Of a stretch of DNA of 64,000 nucleotides, positions 10,249 to 19,320 are shown in pieces. The DNA comes from Candidatus Latescibacterota bacterium. Its GTDB lineage: Bacteria > Latescibacterota > UBA2968 > GCA-2709665. Below the pieces are notes generated by a model that saw only the letters and a program-made list of their open reading frames with translations, was not told the DNA's origin and searched no databases. The first letter of the stretch is position 1. The number at the start of each line of letters is the position of its first letter. The position numbers and the translations under genes were made by a program. Where the stretch lies: contig OZ241917.1 in assembly GCA_965203805.1 (NCBI GenBank), positions 4,672,001 through 4,736,000 of the forward strand, given 5' to 3'.

Positions 10249-11598
10249 ATGTTGAAGAGCGAACCCAAGCCTCTCCTTAAAAGCGGGAAACTTATGATTG
10301 GAACGCAAGAATTATTCGTCCGGAAAGTGCTGTCGGGCGATAGGGACGCATTTGAACCGCTCGTTGAGCAGCACAAAGGCACGGTTTACGCTCTGGTGGT
10401 GGGAAAGACGGGCGACTTCGCTTCGGCGGAAGATATCGTCCAGGAGACCTTCGTTGAGGCATTTCGGCAATTGAAATCCTTGAAGGACCCGGCGAAGTTT
10501 CGCGCATGGGTCCGGGGTATCGCGATGAATCTTTCCAATGAGTGGATTCGGAAACGCAAGCGGAACGTACCGATTGATGATCTGGACGATTCGAAAGAAG
10601 CGGCCTTTCAAAGCGAAGTTCTGCCGGAGTCTTTCGTTCGATTGCCTGCGGCGCCGGACAGCGACTTCGAAAAGGAAGAGATGCGGAACTACGTGCTTCA
10701 AGCCGTCGAACGACTTTCCGAGAAGTATCGTGAAGTCGTGCTCCTGCACTATATGGAGGGCCTGAAGTACAGGGAAATCGCCGAGATGCTCGACGTCCCG
10801 GAAAGCACAGTGCTCGGCAGGCTCCAGGTGGGTCGCGATCAGCTACGGGAAGAGTTGCTGCCGATCGTCGAGGAGACATTGAAGGAGCAGCAGCCGACGT
10901 CAGAATTGACGCGGAAGGTAATGGCTGCGCTGCCGCCGATGCTCCTGTTGACTCCGAACTCGATATGGGCGAGTGCAAAGCGTTTCTTTGGCCGAAGTCC
11001 ATACTGGCGAACAGGCGGTTTTCTGACGGCGGCGGTTGTTGGAACGGGGATTTACTATTCCGGCTTCGTCGCCATTGTCCAGTGGGAAAACGAAACAAGA
11101 ACCGATTCGCAGCCAGGGGCGGCCGCCGCGCCGATGGCAATCGAGATTGAAAAAGGCGACGTGTCCAACCCGGTAAAACGCCCCAAACAGGCGGAAGCTG
11201 CACTTCAGCAAAGCGCAAAGAAGGGAAACGCAAATGGGCAGGCGAAAAGCACCAATGCCGGCCAGACCAGGCAGGCAGGCGGAGCATCGACGGACAATCC
11301 TCCGAGACCGTCGATGACTCTGTCCGATTCGCCGGCCGATTCCGTGGTTACGATCAAATACACCATTCCAAAGTCAGGCTCTCAAGATTCCGTACACGTT
11401 GAACTCTGGGTCGGTAGTTGGTCGGGAGACCTGTCCGCTGTCCCTGTAAACGCGAAGAAAGTAGTGGGCACCCATGAAGTTATTCTCAAGAAACGTAACC
11501 TTCCTGACGGCACCTATTTTGTTGCGCTCAAATTAAACCGGTCCAGCACACCTGCCGAAATTCGGAGGTTGAATCTATTCTGGGAAGGCAGAAAATAG
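10249..11598 (+). CDS. ECF sigma-70 factor with long C-terminal extension (TM segment, linker, Ig-like domain); start may be 10294
   Basis: AEDIVQETF, FRAWVRGIA (region 2); REVVLLHYMEGLKYREIAEMLDVPESTV (region 4); hydrophobic stretch; C-terminal TIKYTIP...LPDGTYFVAL. Confidence 0.88.
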   Translation: MLKSEPKPLLKSGKLMIGTQELFVRKVLSGDRDAFEPLVEQHKGTVYALVVGKTGDFASAEDIVQETFVEAFRQLKSLKDPAKFRAWVRGIAMNLSNEWIRKRKRNVPIDDLDDSKEAAFQSEVLPESFVRLPAAPDSDFEKEEMRNYVLQAVERLSEKYREVVLLHYMEGLKYREIAEMLDVPESTVLGRLQVGRDQLREELLPIVEETLKEQQPTSELTRKVMAALPPMLLLTPNSIWASAKRFFGRSPYWRTGGFLTAAVVGTGIYYSGFVAIVQWENETRTDSQPGAAAAPMAIEIEKGDVSNPVKRPKQAEAALQQSAKKGNANGQAKSTNAGQTRQAGGASTDNPPRPSMTLSDSPADSVVTIKYTIPKSGSQDSVHVELWVGSWSGDLSAVPVNAKKVVGTHEVILKKRNLPDGTYFVALKLNRSSTPAEIRRLNLFWEGRK

Positions 11599-11609
11599 GG
11601 GAGGTCCTT

Positions 11610-12929
11610 ATGTTGAATTCCAAAGCAAGGATCACGGGCGGCAGGTGTCAAGTCGGTGATATCGTCCTAATGATCTTGGTCTCAGTAATGCTGATTACGC
11701 AAGCTGAGGCCGGTACGCGAACGCACTCTCGCGAGGAAATACGGCGCTTTTCGGACGCGACGCAGAAACTGATAATGGCGGAAGGCTCAGAAGCCCGCTG
11801 GAACGGTATCCTGGCTCTGGAACGTTTTCGTGCGGAGTTTCCGGAGACCTTCCTGAAAGGCGACGCTGCCGAAGCGTTGTTCCGTTCCTACAGCGATGTG
11901 GTGGATGATCCTGTTTTCCTGCTTCGTCTGGCGGAAGAAGCCATCGCGCTGCTTCCTAATAGAAATGGTTTGTATGAACAAGTGGTACAGCCTTTCGTCG
12001 AAAAGAGGATATTTCCCGATCAAACCCTGGCATATGCCCATAAGTCACTGGAATTGGCCGAGAAAATGCACGCGCAAACCGGCAGCTACAATCGCAAGAT
12101 TATAAAAAGACTCGTGCTCTTGAGCCAGGCTTATCAATTGGCGAATCAGCCAATCGAGGCGTTGACAGTGATGAGGCGAAGCTTACGAAAAGCCGAGGAG
12201 CAGCCTGCGAATGCCTTTCCGGATGAAGCAACTCGCCAGAAGGCCGTTGACGGGATTCGACTGGATTTGCTCCGGCTATACGTTGAGCAGGATCGATGGG
12301 ACCCTGCATACCAACTCGCATGCGATCTCATGAAGACCTCGGTGATCCGTGAACCCGTTTACGAACTATGGAGTAGGGCTTACGTCGGGAAGTTCGGCTC
12401 TGCGGAAGGGATTATTAACGCTTATGCCGATTTGAAGGCCGAGATTGAAGAATCGCGCAAGTCCCGCCTGATTGAAAAGCGCATTAAACGAGCGGCGCCA
12501 GCATTCGTCCTGGAGACGTTGAATGATGAAACGGTGAGCCTGGATGGGTTACGAGGGAAGGTCGTGTTGCTCAATTTCTGGGCGAAATGGTGCGGTCCAT
12601 GTCTTGACGAACTGCCGCAACTCGAAGCGCTGAACCGTACCCTCGGTCAGGAGTCGGTAGAATTCCTGGCAATCAATCTCGATACGCACGAAGACGAGAA
12701 GCGAAAGGAACTGATATCGGGAACCAGGGCGCGGCTGGCGCCCAGCCTGACCTATCTGATGGGCAATGATGAAGTGAGGCGTAAATTCGGTTTCGATAAA
12801 ATACCGTACACGTGTATTGTGGATCGAGAAGGGCAAATTCGTTACGAAAAAACCGGCCTGAGCAGCGACTTCAAGGCAACCATCAAAGATCAGCTGACGT
12901 GGGTAATTGGATTGTCTGAGGCTGAATGA
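11610..12929 (+). CDS. TlpA-family thiol-disulfide oxidoreductase with helical (TPR-like) N-terminal region
   Basis: Signal-like N-terminus; APAFVL, GKVVLLNFWAKWCGPC, IPYT. Confidence 0.9.
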   Translation: MLNSKARITGGRCQVGDIVLMILVSVMLITQAEAGTRTHSREEIRRFSDATQKLIMAEGSEARWNGILALERFRAEFPETFLKGDAAEALFRSYSDVVDDPVFLLRLAEEAIALLPNRNGLYEQVVQPFVEKRIFPDQTLAYAHKSLELAEKMHAQTGSYNRKIIKRLVLLSQAYQLANQPIEALTVMRRSLRKAEEQPANAFPDEATRQKAVDGIRLDLLRLYVEQDRWDPAYQLACDLMKTSVIREPVYELWSRAYVGKFGSAEGIINAYADLKAEIEESRKSRLIEKRIKRAAPAFVLETLNDETVSLDGLRGKVVLLNFWAKWCGPCLDELPQLEALNRTLGQESVEFLAINLDTHEDEKRKELISGTRARLAPSLTYLMGNDEVRRKFGFDKIPYTCIVDREGQIRYEKTGLSSDFKATIKDQLTWVIGLSEAE

Positions 12930-12995
12930 CGCGAGGGATTTCAGGAGGAGAATTACCGACGTGCTGGGAATTACGGTGTTAAATATCAAATACCC

Positions 12996-13039
12996 AAACC
13001 AAACCCCTGGACAGAACGAGTTCAGGGGTCTGGTTTTTT
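12996..13039 (+). terminator. Intrinsic terminator after the sigma-TlpA pair
   Basis: AAACCAAACCCCTGGAC...GTTCAGGGGTCTGGTTT followed by a T run. Confidence 0.65.
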
Positions 13040-13215
13040 CTTCAAAAGTGGGTCGGTTAATCAATCAATAGGTTACCCATGTAAATTGGATATGTAGTCC
13101 CGCGAAGAAATCCAAACCTCAAATCGTCACTTCCAAATGGCTCCATTTTGCCGATCATGGGTGGCCTGATTAGGGCGATCCGTGCCAACATTCCAACAAG
13201 CCTCCTTTGTCTGCC

Positions 13216-14013
13216 TTAATACGGACACACATTGTCGTGAATGGCACCAAGAATATCGCGTGCTTTCTGACGAATAGGGTATTGCCCTTCGACCCTATGT
13301 GGATCTGTTCTACTTACTTGTAACAAGAACTCCTCTACCTGATCATTTGGAAAATATATCAAAAGTCGAATAGCTTCATGACGAGTATCAACATTAGGTG
13401 ATTGTGCCGCTTTAAATAATGCTTCTCTTATACGTCTACGTCGAACTTGCTGTTTTTGAGCAGGCTCATAAGAAAAGAGATATTGCTCATTTATCATAGA
13501 CCGTAGCATACGTACAATCGTATTTTGTGCTTCTAGTGACTCTTCTTGACTTAGAATCTTTATCGTATGATCAACAATAGCCTCGGTGGCCACTTTACGA
13601 TAAGGAAGTTGTGGTGATTGGATGTTATATAGAAATACCCCGAATTCATCCCAAAATGGTAATGACCGTTTATCACTTTGCCAAACTAAGAGTTGATACA
13701 ACTTAAGACCTTGTCCATCATCTAATTTAGCATCCTTAAAAATATAGTATGCGCGTTGTGGCGCACCGTCTTGGACCCGATAAAAATCACCTATTTTCAA
13801 TAAGATTTCACGATATGGCTCCGGCCAAGGTTCTACCGGTAAGAGAAATAAGCTATCGATCAAGGCGTAAGTCGTAGAGTAATCCGACGCATCACTCATC
13901 GCCTGCCAGGCTCTTAGACGTTGTTCATCAGGATATTTATTTTGATCCAATTCTGCACTTGCAATACTGATCGCACCACACAAAACAACAAACCCGATAG
14001 TTAATTTACGCAT
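13216..14013 (-). CDS. Secreted helical (HEAT-like) hypothetical protein, low GC
   Basis: AAGGGG SD; signal peptide MRKLTIGFVVLCGAISIASA; HEAT-like C-terminus (SPNVDTRHEAIRLL, YPIRQKARDIL). Confidence 0.7.
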   Translation of the reverse strand: MRKLTIGFVVLCGAISIASAELDQNKYPDEQRLRAWQAMSDASDYSTTYALIDSLFLLPVEPWPEPYREILLKIGDFYRVQDGAPQRAYYIFKDAKLDDGQGLKLYQLLVWQSDKRSLPFWDEFGVFLYNIQSPQLPYRKVATEAIVDHTIKILSQEESLEAQNTIVRMLRSMINEQYLFSYEPAQKQQVRRRRIREALFKAAQSPNVDTRHEAIRLLIYFPNDQVEEFLLQVSRTDPHRVEGQYPIRQKARDILGAIHDNVCPY

Positions 14014-14409
14014 GATCAAACCCCTTAAGATTCGGATCGGACAGTTTATTCCGTCGCACAATATTCCCAAATATTGGACTGTTTGTCAATTCCAAAAGGC
14101 AAATTAAAACCTTCTCCAACAACCCGATGCCCTGCGTGCCAATGTACAGTGAGCCATCTGTCCCAGGGAGCCTAATTTGGAATATTGGAAGGCGAGGAGA
14201 GCATCAAGTGTCGGAGGTTCAATTCCAGAGGCTACCGCCGTCTCGGTACGTGAATTTGACTGTATACGGATATTTCATCTTTATATAATGAACGAGGAAG
14301 GCGTTAAAGGCACAATGGTATTGGGCCAGGATAAACGATCATCCTGGCCGTTGGCTGGTGACGGGCAAACGGGCGGAGACCAAACGTTCGTGCCGCTGGG
14401 TATTGTTGC

Positions 14410-14521
14410 TATTCCAGAATTCATCCGACGCTTCCTGAATCGCGGTGGCTATGGTCGACTTTCCGGATCTCGGTGCGCCATTCAGAATGATGACCTGCCC
14501 CAACCCTCTGCGTTTTTCCAT
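14410..14521 (-). pseudogene. N-terminal remnant of a chloramphenicol-phosphotransferase-like kinase
   Basis: GQVIILNGAPRSGKSTIATAIQE, then loss of homology and an early stop. Confidence 0.65.
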
Positions 14522-14662
14522 AGTCAATCCTGCCTCAATAGTCATATTCCAGCCATCATAGGCCGATTCCCCGATTCTGCTAGGTGTCTGGAATTTCTTC
14601 GCACCACGAGGAGAACCTGCGGATAGCCGGGAGGAATTCCTGGAACACAGTTCTTCTCGATC

Positions 14663-15082
14663 TCACGACTGACTGACCACCTCCACCACCCCTTCAGCGG
14701 GGCGCATGCGGACGGTGTCACCGGTGCGGATCGTCGCGAGCGGATCGGGTTGGAGTTCGTGCATCAGCGCCACGTTGGCCAACACCGCGCCCTGAACCAT
14801 CACCGGATTGGTGCGCCCGAAGATGAATCCCGCCGGACAGGTCCCCCGCTCCACCATGTCCAGCATCATCCACGACGTGGCCACGCCTCCCTTGGACGTG
14901 CGGAACACGACGATTCTTCCGGCGATCGACTGTCCGAAGAGCGCGTGTGTCTCCCTGCTGATGACCCCCGTGTACCGGTCATAGTCGTACCGGGCGCTGA
15001 AGCCTTCCACGCACACCAGCGCGATGGCTTCCGCATCGGGTCCGACGCCCGGATGCCCGCGTAGCGCTGCGTTCTCGGTCAT
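14663..15082 (-). CDS. DUF126 protein (aconitase X swivel/small subunit)
   Basis: HALFGQSIAGRIVVFRTSKGG motif; 139 aa; no DUF521 partner in the window. Confidence 0.85.
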   Translation of the reverse strand: MTENAALRGHPGVGPDAEAIALVCVEGFSARYDYDRYTGVISRETHALFGQSIAGRIVVFRTSKGGVATSWMMLDMVERGTCPAGFIFGRTNPVMVQGAVLANVALMHELQPDPLATIRTGDTVRMRPAEGVVEVVSQS

Positions 15083-15130
15083 CGCCCGGACGATTGAAGT
15101 TGAACTCGCTTGCGAGGCAGGACACCACCG

Positions 15131-16048
15131 CTACGGTCCCAACTTGATCACGCCGCAGCCAATTCTTGCTCCCGCGTTTCCCGAAGGTTGCGAGACGAAG
15201 TCATCCGGCCCTGCGTGGACGACGATCGCCTTTCCGACAACGTCGATATCCGAACCTGTGTTCATCTCCCAGAGATTGGTCGTCAGCTGGAGTCTGCCGA
15301 CGCCTTGCTCGCTGGCGGTCAGATTGCCGATGTCACCAAGATGAAACTCGCCTTCTCCCCATTTTCCGTGGGCTACGCCTGTGGGATTCCAATGCCCGCC
15401 GGCCGACGTCCCGTCCGGCGCGCTGCAATCCCCTTTCTCGTGGATGTGCACCGCGTGTTGGCCCGCGGACGCGTTGTTGAGTTCGACGACGAAAGTGATA
15501 TTGTCGCCGGTCCGGGTGAACACCGCCTTTCCGGTCAGGCCGCTTGCGTTCGACTCGCCAATTATCGCGGTCGCCTGTTCAGCCGTTCCGCCAAGACCCG
15601 TGAGCTGGTACTTTCCGATGACCTGTGCCTTCCCCCTGATGGGCAGATCAATTACGGAACGGTAACCACCGTTGATCGGGATACTTGACCAGCGGCCGAT
15701 CCTCCTCCTATTCAGGAACGCGCGCGCCCGATAGTAACCCGTCGCGGAACCGGCGATTTCAATCCTCACCTGACCTCCGCTATCGGTCACCCCCGACCAT
15801 TGAAAGTTCGGGGCCCGGCCAGAGACAGCGCGCGAGAATTCGACCGTCGCGCCGTTTACGGGCGTGTCTTCCCGCAACACGGTCGCCACCACAATTGCCC
15901 GGGTCCCGTCACCGACGGCGACCTTACTCAGGACCGGCGGATTCTGTTCGCCGGACCCGGACGACATCGTTATACGTTCGCCGCCGCAGCCGCACACGAT
16001 ACCCATAACGAGCGTCAGGACGACGATACAGCGAATTCCGTTTGCCAT
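15131..16048 (-). CDS. sodC: Cu/Zn superoxide dismutase fused to an N-terminal lipoprotein/Ig-like domain
   Basis: HAVHIHEKGDC, SAGGHWNP, HGK, HLGDIGN, IVVHAGPDD, GNAGARIGCGVI; lipobox-like VCGC. Confidence 0.92.
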   Translation of the reverse strand: MANGIRCIVVLTLVMGIVCGCGGERITMSSGSGEQNPPVLSKVAVGDGTRAIVVATVLREDTPVNGATVEFSRAVSGRAPNFQWSGVTDSGGQVRIEIAGSATGYYRARAFLNRRRIGRWSSIPINGGYRSVIDLPIRGKAQVIGKYQLTGLGGTAEQATAIIGESNASGLTGKAVFTRTGDNITFVVELNNASAGQHAVHIHEKGDCSAPDGTSAGGHWNPTGVAHGKWGEGEFHLGDIGNLTASEQGVGRLQLTTNLWEMNTGSDIDVVGKAIVVHAGPDDFVSQPSGNAGARIGCGVIKLGP

Positions 16049-16049
16049 G

Positions 16050-16138
16050 GACGTCTCCTCCCTGTGGAGTGGTCTCGGTTTTTGATCGTTGGACTTTCAG
16101 GGGAGACGTCAAGAGCGGGAACCCCCGTCACAACGATC
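16050..16138 (-). promoter_or_regulatory. Candidate two-state RNA leader sequestering the sodC ribosome-binding site
   Basis: GACGUCUCC-CCUG pairs with CAGG(GA)GGAGACGUC over the SD; competing GAUCGUUG(U)GAC/GUCCAACGAUC stem. Confidence 0.45.
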
Positions 16139-16202
16139 CACTTGTGTTCTATCCAAAAAACACCTGAGCGTTCTTCAGGCACTCATATCCTCTTCCTTCT
16201 CT

Positions 16203-16325
16203 CCGCCTCTTGCGGTTGCCCGCCTTTCGGGTGTTTCCGGGTTTCCTTTGTGTCTCCGTGTGAGCTGATTGTCGTTTTTGATCTTTGCTGACTGCTGAAC
16301 GCTGAAAGCTAATCGCTGACAGCTG
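16203..16325 (-). repeat. Mosaic intergenic repeat (CAGCNNT-type heptamers plus GCTCACACG...GGCAAC module)
   Basis: Reverse complement matches 22341-22440 and 25929-25992. Confidence 0.85.
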
Positions 16326-16928
16326 TTATTCGATGATCTTCACCATATCGATAAGGTCGCAGGTCTCCCCGGAGTCCATCAAGACCCAGTCCGGGCGGCG
16401 GCCGGATTCGACGTAGCCGACCTTGCGGTAGACGTGGACCGCGGCGACATTGGCGGACCAGACGGTGAGGTACAGCCGGCGCGCGCCGAGCCGCCGGGAT
16501 TCGTTCTCAAGGGCGCCCATCAGGCGGGTACCGATGCCAAGTCCCCGGGCGAGGGCAATCAGCGCCAGGCCGATCGTGCAGTAGTCGTGACCGCTCTTCT
16601 GCGTGAATCCCTCGCCCATCAGGACGCCATCCCGTTCGACCAGGAGGTAACTCGACCGGTTCTGCTTCAGGCCGACCAGGGCCTGCGAGAGTTCCCGGCC
16701 CCCGGAATCAGCGTCGAGTTCAAGACGCCTGCACATGACTCTCTCACGCGAAAGCGTTCGGTGCATGTCGATGAATGCGTCCAGGTCCCGCCAGCACGGG
16801 TACCGGAAACGGGCCTCCGTTCCTTCAATCAGGAAAGAGTCAATGATGCGGCCTTCTTGCACGGCGGGTGTCCGGGTTGTCGTCACAGGAATTGCCACAG
16901 GTGGAATAGCCGGCCCAAAATAACCCAT
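16326..16928 (-). CDS. GNAT N-acetyltransferase
   Basis: ARGLGIGTRLM motif A; NVAAVHVYRKVGY. Confidence 0.85.
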   Translation of the reverse strand: MGYFGPAIPPVAIPVTTTRTPAVQEGRIIDSFLIEGTEARFRYPCWRDLDAFIDMHRTLSRERVMCRRLELDADSGGRELSQALVGLKQNRSSYLLVERDGVLMGEGFTQKSGHDYCTIGLALIALARGLGIGTRLMGALENESRRLGARRLYLTVWSANVAAVHVYRKVGYVESGRRPDWVLMDSGETCDLIDMVKIIE

Positions 16929-16981
16929 GCGTGGTGCGGGCGCAAGCCCCGCGGGATCTGTGCAAAAGTTCGTTTTAGGGC

Positions 16982-17010
16982 TTGACGCGCCTGTTTTCGG
17001 GTGTTAAAAT
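16982..17010 (+). promoter_or_regulatory. Sigma70-type promoter of the catabolic cluster
   Basis: TTGACG-17-TAAAAT. Confidence 0.6.
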
Positions 17011-17064
17011 GCACGTCTACCGGAACCATGGCGGTATCCGCATTTCGGAGAAAAGGATCTGTGT

Positions 17065-18108
17065 ATGAAGACCTATCGTGTTGCAATTGTCGGACTGGGA
17101 CGCATGGGCAGTACCATCGATGAGGAAGTCGTGGGCTATCCGTCGATCACGCTGCCATATTCTGTCGCCGCGTCGTGCGTGGCGAGCGAACGTCTGGAAC
17201 TGGCGGCGGGTTCCGACCTTCTGGAAGAGAAGCGGCGGGCGTTCCGCGAGAAGTGGGGCGTGGAGGCGTTATACGAAGACTATCTGGAGATGATCGAGAA
17301 CGAAAAGCCCGATATCGTGGCGGTGTGCACGAAGGGGGTTCTGCACGCTGAGATGGGGGTGGCGGTCGCCCGGGCCGGCGTACCGATGCTTTACCTCGAG
17401 AAGGCAATGGCGTGCTCCATGGAGGAAGCCGACGCGGTCCGGGACGCCTGCAGGGAACACGGGACGGTCTTCAATACGGGCGTCCTGCGGCGGTTCGACA
17501 ATCGATACCAGGCGGCCAGAGCGCTGATCGCGCAGGGCGAAATCGGCAAGGTCAACGTGGCGCTGCACTTTGCCCGTTCGAATCTTCTGCATGGGCACGT
17601 TCATTCGATGGACACACTCTCCTATCTGCTGGGCGATCCGAAAATCGCGCGGGTGCGGGGAGAGCTCCTTCCCGGGGACCTGGCAATAGAGAACAACCGC
17701 CTGGACGACGATCCGGTCTCCAGGTATCATCTGGAATTCGAAGACGGGGTTGAGGCCTGGACCATCCCGGCGGGCCACTGGGAATTCGAGGTGATGGGCA
17801 GCGAGGGAGCGATCCGGTCGCGGAACAACGGCGTCGGCTGGGAGTTGCGCAAGGTCGAACCCGAGCCGGGACATCGTCCGTCCGTGGAAGCGGCCGCGTT
17901 TCCGGAGGTGGAAGCGCGAAGCGCGGTGGTCGCGTGTCTGGAGGACCTGGTGGCCGCCCACGAGTCTGGCGAGCTCTCGCTGGGCAACGTGGAGGTCACG
18001 CACCACATTACGGAAGCGTGTTTCGCCGTGGCCGAGAGCCACCGCCGAGGTGGGGCGCGGGTGGCGCCGACGGAAGTGGATAGAGGACTGTACATTTTTC
18101 ATGTATGA
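17065..18108 (+). CDS. Gfo/Idh/MocA family oxidoreductase
   Basis: VAIVGLGRMG, PDIVAVCT, LEKAMA. Confidence 0.92.
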   Translation: MKTYRVAIVGLGRMGSTIDEEVVGYPSITLPYSVAASCVASERLELAAGSDLLEEKRRAFREKWGVEALYEDYLEMIENEKPDIVAVCTKGVLHAEMGVAVARAGVPMLYLEKAMACSMEEADAVRDACREHGTVFNTGVLRRFDNRYQAARALIAQGEIGKVNVALHFARSNLLHGHVHSMDTLSYLLGDPKIARVRGELLPGDLAIENNRLDDDPVSRYHLEFEDGVEAWTIPAGHWEFEVMGSEGAIRSRNNGVGWELRKVEPEPGHRPSVEAAAFPEVEARSAVVACLEDLVAAHESGELSLGNVEVTHHITEACFAVAESHRRGGARVAPTEVDRGLYIFHV

Positions 18109-18137
18109 GCGGCGCGCCGTTACCGGAACGAGGGACT

Positions 18138-19265
18138 ATGAAGATAACGCCATTGATTTCACCGGATGAATTCGTAGGGCTCGAAGGGATCACCCATCTC
18201 TGTACGGGAGGAGAGAGCCCGTGGCTGAAGGCGCAGGCGTCGGTCTATGCCGAATTCGCGCGCCTCAAGGGCGGAGGATACGACGGGCGGGGCGAGATTT
18301 ATGACATCGGGGACCGGTGCCGCCGCCGACTGAGCGAACTGTGGGGCGTGCCGTCGGAGCGGATCGCGTTCATGCCGTCCGCGGCGGAGGGAATCAACTG
18401 GCTGGCGCGGGGGCTGGACTGGCGGGCGGGGGATAACGTGGTAACGACGAACCTGGAGTTCCCGTCGGTCGCGTACGCCTGGAAGCAGTTGGATCACCTG
18501 GGTGTGGAGGTGCGGATGGTGCCGCACCGTGACTGGTTTGTCCACGAGTCCGATCTGCTGGCTGCCGTGGATTCGCGTACCCGGGTCCTGGCCGTGAGCC
18601 AGGTGAGTTTCTATACGGGACAGAATCTGGATATTGAGCGGCTTTCCGAGGGGACGCGGGGCAGAGGCGTGCTGCTTGCCGCGGACGTGACGCATGCATC
18701 CGGCGTGGTGCGGGTAAACGCCGCAATAACGGATATGACCGTAAGCAGCAGCTACAAGTGGATGCTGGCGACGCATGGCGTGGCGCCGTGTTATCTGAGC
18801 GAGCGGGCCGAGGACCAGATCGGGACCACGTGCTATGGCTGGAGGAACCTGGCGGTTTGGCCCGCCCAGCGCGCCGAGCGCCATCCCGACGTGGACGAAA
18901 AACCGATGCCGGACCGCATGGAGCCGGGAAATCCGGCCATGATGGTCGTGATGCACCTAGACAAGGCGCTGCAGGTGTTGATGTCGGTCGGCATCGATCG
19001 GATCGATACCCATGCGCGGGACATGTCGGAGCAGGTCAGCGCGGGGCTCGAGCGGCTCGGCCTTCCGGTGATCAGCCCATCAGAACGCGAGGCGCGGTCC
19101 GGAAACACCTGCTTTGCGGTCGACGACGCCAAGGAATTGGAGATGCAGCTGGCGTCGCACGGGGTGCTGTGCTGGGGCGAATACGGGCGCCTGCGGGTAT
19201 CCACGCATTTGTACAACGGCAGCGCGGACGTCGACAGACTGCTGGAGGTCCTCGGGCAACTGTGA
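18138..19265 (+). CDS. Class V PLP-dependent enzyme (cysteine desulfurase/kynureninase-like)
   Basis: LEFPS, ADVTH, SSYKWML, LRVSTHLYN. Confidence 0.9.
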   Translation: MKITPLISPDEFVGLEGITHLCTGGESPWLKAQASVYAEFARLKGGGYDGRGEIYDIGDRCRRRLSELWGVPSERIAFMPSAAEGINWLARGLDWRAGDNVVTTNLEFPSVAYAWKQLDHLGVEVRMVPHRDWFVHESDLLAAVDSRTRVLAVSQVSFYTGQNLDIERLSEGTRGRGVLLAADVTHASGVVRVNAAITDMTVSSSYKWMLATHGVAPCYLSERAEDQIGTTCYGWRNLAVWPAQRAERHPDVDEKPMPDRMEPGNPAMMVVMHLDKALQVLMSVGIDRIDTHARDMSEQVSAGLERLGLPVISPSEREARSGNTCFAVDDAKELEMQLASHGVLCWGEYGRLRVSTHLYNGSADVDRLLEVLGQL

Positions 19266-19320
19266 GTCGGGTACGGCCCCGGATGGGCGGTTACTGGCCA
19301 TTTAACGGGAGAATGGCAGG

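Noticed and set aside
14209-14240. GGAGGTTCAATTCC resembling a tRNA T-arm or att site
   Set aside because: No cloverleaf, acceptor stem or CCA, and no second copy
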